Origin: Marsupella aquatica
Lineage: Eukaryota > Plantae > Marchantiophyta
Length of the DNA: 64,000 bases
Direction of reading: 5' to 3'
Assembly: GCA_973895155.1 (NCBI GenBank)
Contig: OZ316892.1
Span: 21,577,619-21,641,618 of the forward strand
In this document: piece by piece, positions 12,201-24,460 of the stretch
Numbering within the stretch: the stretch's first letter is position 1
Layout of the letters: the number at the start of each line of letters is the position of its first letter
The notes under the pieces: generated by a model
What the model was told of the DNA's origin: nothing
Databases searched by the model: none
What the model saw: the letters and a program-made list of their open reading frames with translations, nothing else
Made by a program: the position numbers and the translations under genes

Positions 12201-13005
12201 ATCGATTGGCAGGAGAGTCAACCATCATCCGCATGGCACTAGAGGGTACAACCATATCAGAATGATTTTGTGAGTGTCATACCATCATCTCAGCCAACTC
12301 TCCACATCGGAATTGATGTCGCAATCAAGGGATAAGAGGAAAGTACCTCATAACCTTTTGCGGTACCTTCCCCGTCAACATGTCATCACAGTACCGTGGC
12401 TTCTAACATTTAGGACATGTAGTGGCATTTTCATGCTCATGGTCCCTAAAAAGAATGCAATCATCCACACATGCATGTATCACCTCATACTTCAGGCCAA
12501 TGGACCTCAACACCTGTTTAGCCTCTTTCCAAGAGGCTGGCATTGCGTTGCCTACTGGCAAAATACGATCATGCAAGGTACGGAAAACATCATCCAAAAG
12601 TAGATTGCTTGCCCCATGTGTTTGCTGCAAGTTGAGCAACAACATTATTGATGAGAGCCGAGATAACCTACTCCCCTCGAATATGCGAGTACGGCATGAC
12701 GTTGCGCCTCCTCCCATTAATTGCTTGTCTTGGGACCCCCTAGAAGGATGTGGATGACTAGTCCTTTCATGGGTTGAACCAATGTCCTCCAAACCAATGT
12801 CATCATGATCATCATAGAATTGGTCCATGAGCTCATCCATGGCCCTCTCCTCATCAAGATGGTCTTGGATAGGATCATCACCATCATGTCGTACCCCATC
12901 CTCTTGCCTTTGCGGTTCATGCCCATGGTTGGCCACCATGGCCTCAACAAGGTGTTGTCGCATAGCTTGTGATATTACCCCAATATCAGGCGTTACATAT
13001 TGATT
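9250..13005 (-). pseudogene. CACTA TnpD/Tnp2-type transposase (Transposase_21, DUF4218, DUF4216-like), with stops and frameshifts
   Basis: IHACVDDCILF...CPKC; LAADGINPF; WPVVLTNYNIPPW; IDVYLQPLIDEL; LDPMHIEGNV; LKTHDYH; GPVHCRWMYWVERYM; YGKIEEI...FKCKWF; DPFAFP. Confidence 0.92.
11429..11899. mobile_element. MITE inserted in the CACTA transposase, 8-bp TSD GTTGTGAC
   Basis: TIR CCCTGGTATGCAACTC vs CCCGGGTACGCAACTC. TSD at 11421-11428 and 11900-11907. Confidence 0.92.
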
Positions 13006-13022
13006 CTATCATACAACATCAA

Positions 13023-14452
13023 TTAATTAATCTCATCAACACATGCACTACTGAACAACATCATTCTCATGTAAACATGTAAAATAAACTGACATATATA
13101 TATACATGTATGTAAGTCCAAGAAACTATCATGGACGACAACGCAAGGACAATTTTGGTGCATCCACTCATACTCACACAATAACTCCTCACCAGCTCTA
13201 ATGGTCCTAACAGCTACTGTCATGATATGGTTGTCCATATGTTTCACAAAATATGGATGTCTAGGTGGACCAAACATTTGAATCCACTCTAAATTAGCCT
13301 CCAAACCTCTATCTCTACCTGTGGTACTATTGATGTACCCTGCTAAATTACCGTTCCGAATAGGGTCACCATCAATCATCCGGCAATGCCACGGCCTAGT
13401 GAAGACCTCATCCGGGTTTGAGTCCATCCTTAATGCATACAGCCCCCAACTTGGGTGTTGACGCAACAAAATATTCCAACTCTTGGAGTTATATACAGCC
13501 CCAATGTAAGGAAAGAGGTGCTCTCCATCATAACCACGTCTCCATGGCTTTGGAGGGACCACAATATCCTCCAAAGCAAAAAGACCATATCCTATATCAG
13601 GACCAATAGAGGATGCCTTCACTATCCAAGGGCAACCCCATATCTGAACTGGTTCATCTGTAGGAATAAAATCTGGAAATTTGAAGATACTTGGAGAAAA
13701 GTCCTTCAAAACTTCGGCAGCCCTACCAGTGAGATAGGATAGTCCAAACCTGCCCTCAACGCAAATATAATCTACATTGCCGGCTGGTCGATCACTAGTA
13801 CCTAACACCTCCTCTTGGCTGTCTACCTGGTCCAGTGGTCCATACTGCCGTCTATGTCTACAAGATCGTGGTCGTGTACGTATGACCCTAGTAGTCACAA
13901 CCTCGGGCCGAGAGACCGGTTCCCCCTCTACATGCTCATGTGTGGGCACGGGAGTGGGGATAGGAGCAAGTGGGCTAAGAGGCATTTGGGCAGGAGGAAC
14001 TGCAAGCAACTCCCTGGCCCTTGCTAGAAACCCTTCCAACCACACAGCTTCAGGAACCAAAGGAGGTGGGGGCCTACGAGGCACCTATTTCAACACACGT
14101 ACAATGGTTTTACACAAATCAATAAATTAAGTAGTGGGATGTAAATGCAAGATAATTAAGCAATACCCTAAATTGGAATGCATATATGGAATGAATAGGG
14201 GACATAAACATATATCTGTACCTGCCTAGGCAAATACCTTGGCATATCACCCTCGTGGTGGCCATAGTTCTTGATGTGCTCACAAGTCTCCCACGCATGT
14301 CAATCCACAAGTCCCTTACATCTCACACACCAGCAAGGTATGGGTCCTAGTGGAGCACGAGGACAATCTGGAGGAGGGGTTGGAGGAACCTCCCCCTCAG
14401 ACGAGCTCGTGTCTGAGTCTGAATCTGACGTTGAACTATCAGAAGTAGACAT
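13023..14452 (-). CDS. SET-domain protein inside the CACTA element (putative exons 14452-14222 and 14084-13023; one TGA in exon 1)
   Basis: SET motifs GYGLFA, PYIG, NLAGYINS and IRAGEELLCEY in a 353-codon open frame that is preceded by an AG acceptor. Upstream 77-codon exon with PCWCVRC...H...YG. Phase-0 GT-AG intron at 14221-14085. Confidence 0.8.
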
Positions 14453-14768
14453 TTGCATGCATGAAGTACACTCATTCATGTAAGCTGCATAAAAGAAGAC
14501 AAGTGTTGGAGTATCAAAATAGAATTAATTAATGCATGAGATACAAAAGTCCTGTTGTACCTCAATGATACCCGCGCTTTGCCAGCCTATTGTGTCATAT
14601 TTATTACACACAAGGTGTGGGACATCCAAAATCTCTGCATATATGGGTGAGCATTTTGCTAATGAGCATACATAATCTGTAAGTGCAAAAGAGTGTAGGA
14701 AGAACACACCACATATAAAAAATGCCAACATACAAATTAAGTGTAAATGATGCGGCTCTTGAAGCGGG

Positions 14769-15467
14769 GACATCATACCTCCTGGATGTGTGGTCTCACA
14801 CTATGCATAGTGCATTGTCCAAAACAAAACCTACCTACCCCCTCACAAACATTGAACCACCCCTCCAAACGCAAGGTACTGTGCATCAAACACAACCATT
14901 AGCCTAATATATGGAGGTTGAACCTTATCCTAAGAAAAGTTGTAACCTTATCCTAGTAAAACCCCATAACCCTAAACCCATAAACCCCTCCAAAGAAATG
15001 ATCCAAATAGCTTTCACCCAGAAATGGTTCGTACAAAAACTTCTTGTAGTATTTTGTCTATCATATATCATAGTATTGAGTTCCCATCACCACAACCATC
15101 CCTAAACTTGCAAGGAACTTGCAAGAGGACATCATACCTCCTGGATGCGCGGTTTCATGCATAGTGCATTGTCCAAAATTGAAACCTCCCTACCCCCTCA
15201 AAAAAAATTTAACCACCCCTCCAAAAGCAAGGTACTACACATCAAATCCAAACACAAAGATTAGCCTAATGGAGGGGTTTAATATTATCCTAACAAAAGG
15301 TATAATGTTATACTAATAAAACCTCTACGTACACCCATAATCCCCTATAGAGAAATGAAACAAAAGGCTTTCACCCGAAAATGGTTCATACAAAAACTTC
15401 TTGTAGTATTTTCTTGATCCTATATTACATATCATAGTATTGAGCCCATCACCATAACCACCCCTAA
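14769..15467. repeat. ~360-bp diverged tandem duplication within the CACTA element
   Basis: GGACATCATACCTCCTGGATG starts at both 14769 and 15128 and is followed by colinear similarity (GCTTTCACCC...AAATGGTTC...CAAAAACTTCTTGTAGTATTT). Confidence 0.85.
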
Positions 15468-16124
15468 AACACCAAGACTCTATACACAATTGCATCATTA
15501 ATTAGAGCCCAATATATTAAGCATGCAAGACCATAGCTTATCAGAAAAATTACATAGTCTGGTACAAACCCCAAAAGTTGTTCTCTGCAACAAAGAAACT
15601 TGCAAGAGGTCCCTCTACATGCATGACACGTTCACTGTCCAGTTCACATATGTAGAGCCCTACAAAACGCCGATTCATATATGAAATCAAATAATAACTC
15701 CAACCATGTGCCCTTACCCCATACAAAACCTAATATCCTAAATTATACTCTAAACCCTCCAATCCCATACCCAACCCAAATTCAAAACATTATATTGGAC
15801 CCCCTTTGGGAAAGCCAAGAGGTATCCGATATAACTTCATGAGAGATCCGATGCAATAGGAAACGGGCCACACTTGGTAAATACACGGCCACAAGAAAAG
15901 GAGGAGGGGTCCAAAGTAGATAGTTTTGGAAAGTCCGATTGTGTGTCCGATACCTGTGGTTTTGCAAAGTCCAAAACAAAAAGAATCGGAAGCAGCAGGT
16001 TTCGTTTTGGAAAAAAGAACCGATGTAGGTGTGAAGACCCGCGCATCGGGCCCCGTTTTGCACTTGGTGTTTTTCAAATTTTTTGAAGCTGGATGAAGGA
16101 GGAGAGCTTGAAGGAGGAGGAGAG

Positions 16125-17107
16125 ATGGATGGGGGTGGGGGATCAGGTGGTGGGGGAGAGCAAGGGGGACCATCCCAGCCATACAATGAGGTTATGCAGG
16201 ACATTTTCGTGGCCAAGGCAGGGCTAAGTGTGGAGGACGCGAGAGAGTAGTCCCACTCCTCCAAACGCTGATTGATGCCTCTCGGCGTGAGGTAGAGAAG
16301 ACTGCTGCTGCAAGCATTGCAAGTGAGAAGGAGCCAAAGAAGAGGAAGAAAGAGGCAAAGAGAGGCAAGGGGGATGCAGAGGAGATAGCGTCTCCAAGAA
16401 ATCAAGAGAAAAAGCTTTGAAAAGAAAGGGCAATTGAGAAGTTGCGATTGGAGGAGCAGAGGCAAAAGGAGGCAAAGAGAGCTCTCAGGCCTGAGCTAGC
16501 TCTCAATTCGGGTGGTGGTCCATTGCCTAAGAGCTACCATCTATTCCAAAGCCAATTCAAGCAGGTGCTGAGGGCCAATTTGGGGCCACTGGATTACTGG
16601 GGCAAGAAGAAGGAGGTAAGAGAAATTGAGAATCAGAGAGCAGGTGAAGGAACGGTTCAGGAACGGGGCCTACATTGATGACAGGTTCCTAAACAAACGA
16701 ATTTCAGCATCACTCCCAAACATGCGCAATCATCAGCGAGAGAAATTCAGAAAGTACCTTGGAGATATGGCAGTGGATGCAGAGGTGATCAGGGAGGGGA
16801 GGGTTGTCCAGACAATGTTTCCCCCGATGAGTGGGCGGCTTGGCTTGAGGAGGAACTCTCAGTCCGAGCCTGGCTGAAAAGAAGACATTGGGACAATGAA
16901 ATTAGGCTGGCAGAGGAGAAGCGAAAGGCTAGGGAGAATGTTGATATCCTCCCCCTTCAACAAAACCTGCAACAATGGGCAGCTCAGGCAGCAAGACTCC
17001 CCAAACCACCAAGGCACATCATAGCAGCATTGGAGAGAGTGTAGAGGAGGCCAACCATCACTCACCGGATGGGGCAAGGCGGCTCCAATCGATTGAAGGC
17101 TGAGTTT
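16125..17107 (+). pseudogene. Probable TnpA/Ptta (Transposase_24)-like ORF remnant, divergent from TnpD
   Basis: Frameshifted basic coding pieces (LDYWG...IREQVKERF...IDDRFL) ending HHSHRMGQGGSNRLKAEF at a GTAAG donor, inside the CACTA repeats. Confidence 0.5.
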
Positions 17108-17161
17108 GTAAGTGCCCTCCCTCTCCTCCCCACCTTGACTCCCTGATCACCTGACTCCTCG

Positions 17162-17489
17162 CTCGGGGGGGTCACTTCCACGGAAGTGACACATCACGTG
17201 CGACGAAGTATAGGCCCATTTAAATGGGTGTGACGGAAGACTTCCAAAGTTTGGTGGAAGAACACATAGGGCATGTTTTATTGATTGGTCGACTTTAAAG
17301 AACACATAGGCCTATTTAATTGCAAAAAATACTTTCTATAAAGTTTTTAGGGGTTTTTTAATAAAAAATGACAAAATTTTAAGAAAGAAAGGGCTTTGCA
17401 AAAAAATATTTTTCACTTTAAAGTTAGGGGGGTCAAACCCTAAAACGTCGCACGCGATGTATGACCCTCCATATAGTGACCCCCCCGAG
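17162..17489. mobile_element. MITE (CTCGGGGG family, divergent copy), 8-bp TSD ACTCCTCG
   Basis: TIR CTCGGGGGGGTCAC. TSD at 17154-17161 and 17490-17497. Shares TCACGTGCGAC and AAAACGTCGCA motifs with the copies at 38055 and 54087. Confidence 0.92.
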
Positions 17490-20400
17490 ACTCCTCGCAC
17501 AAACAATGAGTTGTTTGTGCCTTATGTTTTTTGTTTAAACCCTTTGCAAAACTCGTTTTTGCTCTCGGGCCTGTTCTTTCCGATACTCATCCGATAGGTT
17601 TTGCATCGGAAGCAGCATCAGACACCGTGTTATGCCATTTTGCCTGTTACGCATCTGATAGACGTCCGATGCTGGCTGTATCGGACTTTGCATCGGACCC
17701 CTCGGCGACGTGATACAAACCAAGATTTCCTACAAAATCAAAGATTTTCAAGCGCAAAATCAAAACATCTCAAACTTTGACTAGTGAACCTTACAAAATG
17801 AGGTAAAATGACATTTTGTATCACCAAGTTTTATGGAGGCAATACGAAATATGATACGGGGCATCACATTTCACATTCCTTAACAAGTAAATTCGATGTG
17901 ATTGCTTTATCAATAGAGAATATTCCAAAAAGATACCAACTATGGTCAAGTTAACCCATTAATAATTGTACTATGGTAAAACTTAACTCGACCACAGTAC
18001 AAACTAAACTAGGCTGAATCTGAAAAGTATATATAAAGGACCACAAAAAATAATTAGCTTCATAATTTTATTTTGTGTCCTCTAACCCATGTTACTCCTT
18101 CCTCAATGTTGAAAGCAATTGTCCATACAAACCCGGATTCAACAAGGTCACCGACTAAAATGCTAGTAGTTATCCTCACTTATCCTCCTTTTCCTTTACT
18201 TCAAACCCAAATCTGATTCTTTGTATCACATTTCAGATTCTTAATGTTACTTTACCATTCAAAAGTGATAGAGTACTCTTGAAAGCAAAACCCAAATCTG
18301 ATACGCTGTATCATATTTTGGATTCCTAAAGGGTTGAAAGAGGTATTAGTTTGAGTGGGAAATGAGGGTATTGGGCTTGAGAATTAGATTTTGGATATAC
18401 TTGCTTGAACAATCCAAAATCTGATACGTGTATCAGATTTTGTATTCTTTATAGAGATTTTGTAATTTTGTTTTGGTGATCATCCTTTGCATTCCAATGC
18501 AAATTCCTGGTCATTTTGAATCTGGTGTCGGTATTCCTATATCCAATGCTCTCATCACGGACGAGACTTGCTTTCTCTCTGTTCTAAATTGAACAAATGC
18601 TTCCGGGGATCCTAAAGGTGAGCCAATCTGACTTCGTTGACATGGAAAACTGAGTAGACAACGTTTATCTGGTTTAGTGGGTGAGACGTAATATGAAGAA
18701 ATGTCTTTGTCACTTCCCTCTGAATCGGAGTCTTTAATGTCTACTTGGGGCTCCACTCGCTCAGAGGGTGGAAGTTTGGCTTGCAAATGAGAAGGAATAA
18801 ATCTATGAACAACCCCGGGGGAGGATTGGATGTAACTAGCAATGCTTTCTTATGACTCAGAGCTAGTCATGGTTATCATAAACTCTATACAACCCAGGTT
18901 TCCTCACAGGATGTGCCTCTACGACTGTTTAAAGACTACAAAATTTTCAAAATCTTGAGCACCCCACAAATGAAAAATATGAAGGTCCTATGAAAGTGAA
19001 GCTCAAAATTTGATGACGGACCATGCTTTTATAGTTTTGGGGTTGTGTTTGCCACGTGGCATAGCTTGATTGGTTTTCACTAAGAGACAAAATATAGAAA
19101 TGATCTGGTTTCCAGAATTTTGAGAGCATTATGATCCAGGTATCATGGTTAGGATTATACTCAATGTTTTGCTTCTAGTGACAAATGGACTGACCAGGTG
19201 TTTTGATAGGAGGTTTTTGTATGTTTGCAATAATTCTGATCTGTGTATCATGATTGTAATTCCTCTCAAGGTTTGGAGGACTGGAAAATAATTTAAAGCA
19301 TGTTTTTGAAGATGTGTTTTGAGTTTGGGAACCCAACAATCCAAGGATCACAAATTAATTGAATTCCTCCCATTATTTTATGCGATAGAAAATTATTTGT
19401 ATTTTCAATGGGTAGTTTTGTGTATTGGCAACAATCCATGATCCGTGGATCATGGTTGGGATTAGGTTTGATGGTTTGAATCGTGCAACAGTGTCATTTA
19501 GTTATGAGTCTTAGCTTAACCGGAAGTGAGTTAAAGTAACTGACTATGGATGTAACTGCGCAGTTGCATGGTAGTCCCCAAACCTTGGGTTCACATGACA
19601 ATCAAATTTGGAGTTTTGGGTATCTTTCAATTCATAAATTATTACTGTTATTTTGAATTTGTTGTCAAACATCGTTTGGGCAGGTTGCAAAAGTCAATTC
19701 GTAAACTGAATCCAAAATTTGATACGTGGTATCACTTTTGGTATGTGAAAAGTTAAGCGTACTGTTGCTCATCATAAAAAAATTAGTTTTTGGTCAAAAT
19801 CTTGAGTTTGGAAACAATTGCAAAAATTTATCTAACACATTTTATTTTTCCAAATGTGTGTATTCTAGTCTCTAGTCTCTCGCAAAACATGACATCCAAA
19901 TATTTTATTTCCAGATCATTAGTTTAGCTCCCAAAACGTCACTAGGCGCAATACGAAAACTGATCCATTTCTTAATTTTTTTTCAAAAAAGCTTGTTTTA
20001 ACAAAAAAACATGTTTTGTATCACCATTTTTTGCAAAATCTGAAGAGGCTTCTCGTTTGGTGGTCACACTTCTCGTTTGGTTCGTCAACGTGTTACTAAA
20101 ATCAAAATAATAATTCTAACTATAACAAGGGTAGTGGGTATTAAGAAAGGTTCAGGTGAAACTAAAATACTGTGAAACCCTACTTCACCATACTTGCGGA
20201 CCAACACATCACGGAAATTAGTTTTCTTACGACATATGATCCTAATATCTCCAAGAGAAAATGAAACAGGAATATCATCTGGACTCCTATTCAAATCCAT
20301 GACTTCAATAAAGGACAAAGATAATACATTCTCACTCCTCACGGTACGACACTACTCGGTATATTATCGGCTCGTTAGAAACTATAACAGTAGTTATAAA

Positions 20401-20662
20401 CTGAGCTCCAAAATGATAGGTTAAATGTTGTCTCATAGATGGTTTGTCTAAAAGATGGACTCTAATCAAAAATGGATTACGAAGGGGAAGATCAGGGATA
20501 ATTCTCTCTCCTGGATTCATGATGCCTCTCCTATTCCTTTGCTATCCGGGCCAAAGGACGCCCCACCCCTAAATTCCCAAAGAAACCTTATTCCCTAAGG
20601 TCCCATTTATAAGTCTACCGCTCATTCCTTTGCTATTCGGGCCAAAGGACGCCCCACTACTA

Positions 20663-21081
20663 TGTTTAAGGCACAAAGAACTTCACAACCTTGAATGATA
20701 GACACTGCGGAATGAGGGAAGAGTGGCCCTCACCACTTTATTTATAGTGCACACCAAGAAGACATGGATCAAGCCCAAGCACTTGGATGAAGGCCAAGTG
20801 TCAAACATCTAATACCTAAGAGTGTGCTAGTACTGTTCATAGTTGGTGAAACTACTTTTAGTAGGTGAAACTACCATGCGTTGGTGGAACTACTGTGTGT
20901 TGGTGGAACTACTATGCGTTAGTGGACCTACTATGCGTTGGTAGAACTACTGTGCATTGGTAAAACTACTGTAGTTGGTAGAACTACTGTGCGTTGGTAG
21001 AACTACTGTGCGTTGGTGAATATTATTGTAGTTGGTGGAATTACTCATATGCATTGGTGGAACTACTATAGTCCGTTAATA
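20663..21081 (-). mobile_element. Solo-LTR-like segment with ~19-21-bp tandem array (GTTGGTGGAACTACTGTGC, ~20830-21070)
   Basis: TGTT start, reverse TATA (TATTTATAG), tandem array, TAATA end resembling a mutated TAACA. No clean TSD. Confidence 0.45.
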
Positions 21082-21489
21082 TAGCTAAATTTTTTTAATA
21101 AAGTCTAAATTTAATAATCTAACTACTAAATTACTTATATAATCTATAGCATATTAAAACAAACAATTTTTTATAACTTAAGAGAAAATCACGACACCGC
21201 AATCTGAAGCCCCTAGAGAAGCAAGTAGACTCATGCAGCAAATTATGGATGAAGAGGGTCAGCCACCCAAGAAGTTCTCCCAAGCTGCTGCACGAGTGAC
21301 CAGACGTTCCAAGGTGGACTCCCCGACCTGAAGGCAGCCTTTGTGAGTGCCTTCCTCTTTCCCTACTACTTGGCCTCTTTCCCCAATGTATTGTGATGTG
21401 CAATTCCCCAACCTCTTTCCTACCCTCTTGCTTTTGCCTTGCCCTAATATGCTTTGGCACGCACAAGGAACTTTTTTTTTAATCTGTCG

Positions 21490-23080
21490 CATAACAGGCT
21501 TTGCAAAGCTCTTGCAAAGCGGAAATCTTGCTTTGCAAAAGCTTCACAAAGCCAATCATAAACATTTTTTCCGAAGGCTTTGCAAAGGCTTTGCAATGAA
21601 GTCCGCTTTGCAAACAACATCGCAACAGCTTCGCAACTGATGGAGCTTTGCATTTTGCAAAGTACATTGATTCGCAAATTCAAATTTTTTTGGAATTTTT
21701 GGAAGTGTTCAAGTCTTGTGTGAAGTTTGAATGATGTGCATTAATTTGGGTCACTTTAGGCTGAATTAAGTGGGTTGGTTAAATTGTGGCCTTTGATAGT
21801 ATAAGAAGTACCGCCGCAAAATCACCCCTAAAGAGATGAAGGTAGGGGAAAAGTTTGGGGCAAAACATCTCTTTGAGATCATGGATGCAGCATTGGCTAG
21901 TGTAAGTCTCAACACTTTAATTTCCTAAATTGTGTGCATGTCTTCATTATGCAAGGTTTTATTAAGTTTTCCTTCTTTTACTGGTGACCTCTCCTAATTG
22001 TGTGCTTCAAGCAAGATGATGATGAGACGGATGCGGAGGGGGCTAAGGAGCCAGGCTCTGATGTTAGCAACAGCAATGTGGATGAGCGTAGTAGTCGTAG
22101 TCATCACCCTAGCAGGCCGGTTGCATCCTCTAGAGGTGGTAGTACTTCATAGACTAGAGGTGGACCAGTACCTGAGCTGGGGGACGAGGATGAGGAGGAC
22201 AAGGAAGGGCAAGAGGATGGTGGGGCAGAAGAGGATGGTGGCCAAGAGGAGGATGGTGGCCAAGAGGAGGGTCCAGAGGAGGTAGAGGTAGAGCCGGAGC
22301 CAGAGCATGTGCCCATTTGGGTGGCTGTGACCTGCCGAGGAGGGGAGAGGGCCCGGACCAAAACGAGGAGTAGGAAGGCCCCATTCTAGATGTTGTTGGT
22401 AGAGGTAGCCTTCTAGAGCTACATATGAGTATGCTATGCTTGTTAGGTGTAGTTAGGCATATGTGCCTATCTATATATAGGTGGGGTTCTTTCAAACCCA
22501 ATTTTTGTACCTTCAGGCATTTTTCCTCTTCATTATACATATTTTTGGGTATACCCTACCTCCAATGTGTCCTAATAACCCTTAATTAAACCCTAAATCT
22601 CAAGCGTGAAGCATTTGCGAAACACTTAAGAAATTAGAGTCATCAAAAATGACCAATCCTCACAAAATTGCAATATTGCCATTCAAAATGCTTCTCAACA
22701 TTGCCATTCTTTACAAATGGTAAACTTGCCATGACCCATGTATCTCAAATATGCAAAGCATATACCATCTAGTTTTTGTCAATATCCAACCTTTGCAAAC
22801 TATTTGTGAAACAATATGAATTGCAACAGAAAAAATGCCAACCACTTCACAATAAGGTCGCAATCTTTGCGAGGTTGCAAATGTGTGAAACCTTTGCGAT
22901 TTGTTTTATTTTGCAAAATTTCCAAGAATGTGCGATCAAACCGGATTTCAAATCTGCGATGAACTAATCTTTGCACATTGTGAAATCATTGCAAAAGTAC
23001 AGAAGCAAAGTCTTTAGCTTTGCATTTTGCAAAGACATTGCGATGCGGATTGAATCGCATTGTTCGGAAATATATCCCAT
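21490..23080. repeat. Clusters of (TT)TGCAAA palindromic motifs flanking an acidic low-complexity coding-like tract; probable DNA-transposon relic
   Basis: Dense TTTGCAAA/TTTGCGA at 21490-21680 and 22600-23080. 18-bp GAGGATGGTGGCCAAGAG repeats at ~22210-22270. Confidence 0.5.
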
Positions 23081-23499
23081 GAACTTCTTTGTTGATTGAG
23101 AAGGCGGTAGCTTCGCGAAAGACCCCATTTGTGTTGTAGTGAGAGTTTAATTTGATCCCTTGAAGATGTTTGTTTGGAGGCTTACCCAAAACTGAAACCT
23201 CAGAAACACATTTCATAAGACACCTCCTTTGGTGTCACAGAATTCCTACAACATTACAGGCACATTAATTGCCTCCAAACATCTTCAAGGGATCCATGAG
23301 CCTCAGTAAGCCCGACTCCTGTCAGAGTTTCAGCAATTGAAGATTGGAAGTGCTTACATGGACTACAAGGTGAGTATAGTCACTCAGGGTATGGGGTATT
23401 ATTGGGGTATGATTGAGATATTTCAGTTCACATTGCTTTGCCTAACAATTCCTGCATGCACTCACATTAAAGGTTGGTTTGTGCAGGGGGGCTTGATTG

Positions 23500-24460
23500 G
23501 AAGTCTATTTCAGATTTCTGGCTGTGGCCATGTATACTGTGGCATTTGTGCAATAGACGGTCGGGAAGCTGGAACCTGCAAATTGGCAAGATGTTCAAAA
23601 AATGTGATGCCCCACGTCCTATATAGACTAGCTGATTTGAGGCTAGTGAATGGTGGTGCGGAGTCAAAAGGGAAGGCCCGAAGAGAATATGATGTCCGAC
23701 ACCCAATTTCTCCAAAATTTGATGCAGTCTTGGAATACCTTAAGTTGATGAATCCGCTAGACACTATAGGACAGGGCAGCAGTGTGAGCTTTGTGCCTAG
23801 ATAGAAGGCTCTTGTTTTCTCGCAATGGACTTTGTGTCTCAACATGCTTGAGCCACACATCTTGAAGGCTGGTCTAAGGTTTACAAGAATTGATGGATGA
23901 ATGAAGTCCAATGTGAGAGAAATAGTCCTGAACGATTTCAAGACAACCCCAGAGGTACATATAGTCATTATTAATGCAGATTGATGTCTTTTTTATTGCA
24001 AATTTAACTCATTCTATTGTAATTAAACTCTTTCTATTCATTTCATGCAGATCAATAGTATCCTCTTCTCCTTGATTGCAACAAACACAAGACTCAACAT
24101 TACCGAGGCTACCCATATTCTTATGGTAGACGGGTGGAGGAATCTCATAGGAGAGGACCAGGCCTTCAATTGATCACATCGTATTGGGCAAACAAGGCCG
24201 GTCAAAGTTGTCTGGTTTATTGCTAAAGATTTGATTGAGCTGAAGATTTTGGAGCTGTTGGTAAGATCAACTCTGCTCATTTTGAGCTTGCAATTAGGTA
24301 ATGATGAACTATGAATTCCATGTGATCTCTGATTGTACACATGTTGTATGTTTTGTGCAGAACAAGAAACGAGCGATGATCAAGGACATCATGTATGGCT
24401 GTGCAACCGGCAAAAAGGATAATCTGGAACAATATCTGGAGTTCATACTGGGAGAGAATC
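23500..24460 (+). pseudogene. SNF2 (RAD5/RAD16-like) RING + helicase C-terminal fragment with introns and in-frame stops
   Basis: CGHVYCGIC...C; SPKFDAVLEYL; KALVFSQWT; FTRIDG*M; LNITEATHI; EDQAFN*SHRIGQTRPVKV. GT-AG introns at ~23955-24050 and ~24261-24360. Confidence 0.85.

Larger units (their letters stand above)
8585..17712 (-). mobile_element. CACTA/EnSpm-like DNA transposon, decayed; right boundary approximate
   Basis: CACTA at 8585 followed by dense TCCGATA/TATCGGA subterminal repeats. The same repeats recur at 15820-16050 and 17580-17700. TnpD-type coding remnants lie inside. Matching TIR/TSD not found. Confidence 0.75.

Noticed and set aside
15782-16465. 227-aa hydrophobic/Pro-rich minus-strand ORF resembling a membrane protein
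   Set aside because: It is the antisense reading of purine-rich + strand coding sequence and repeats.
17782-17786. TAGTG as the right CACTA terminus
   Set aside because: Adjacent bases do not form a TIR with CACTAAACAC and no 3-bp TSD is evident.
20830-21070. CRISPR-like array of ~20-bp repeats
   Set aside because: Units are contiguous with no unique spacers, the context is eukaryotic and no cas genes are present; it is a tandem array in LTR-like sequence.
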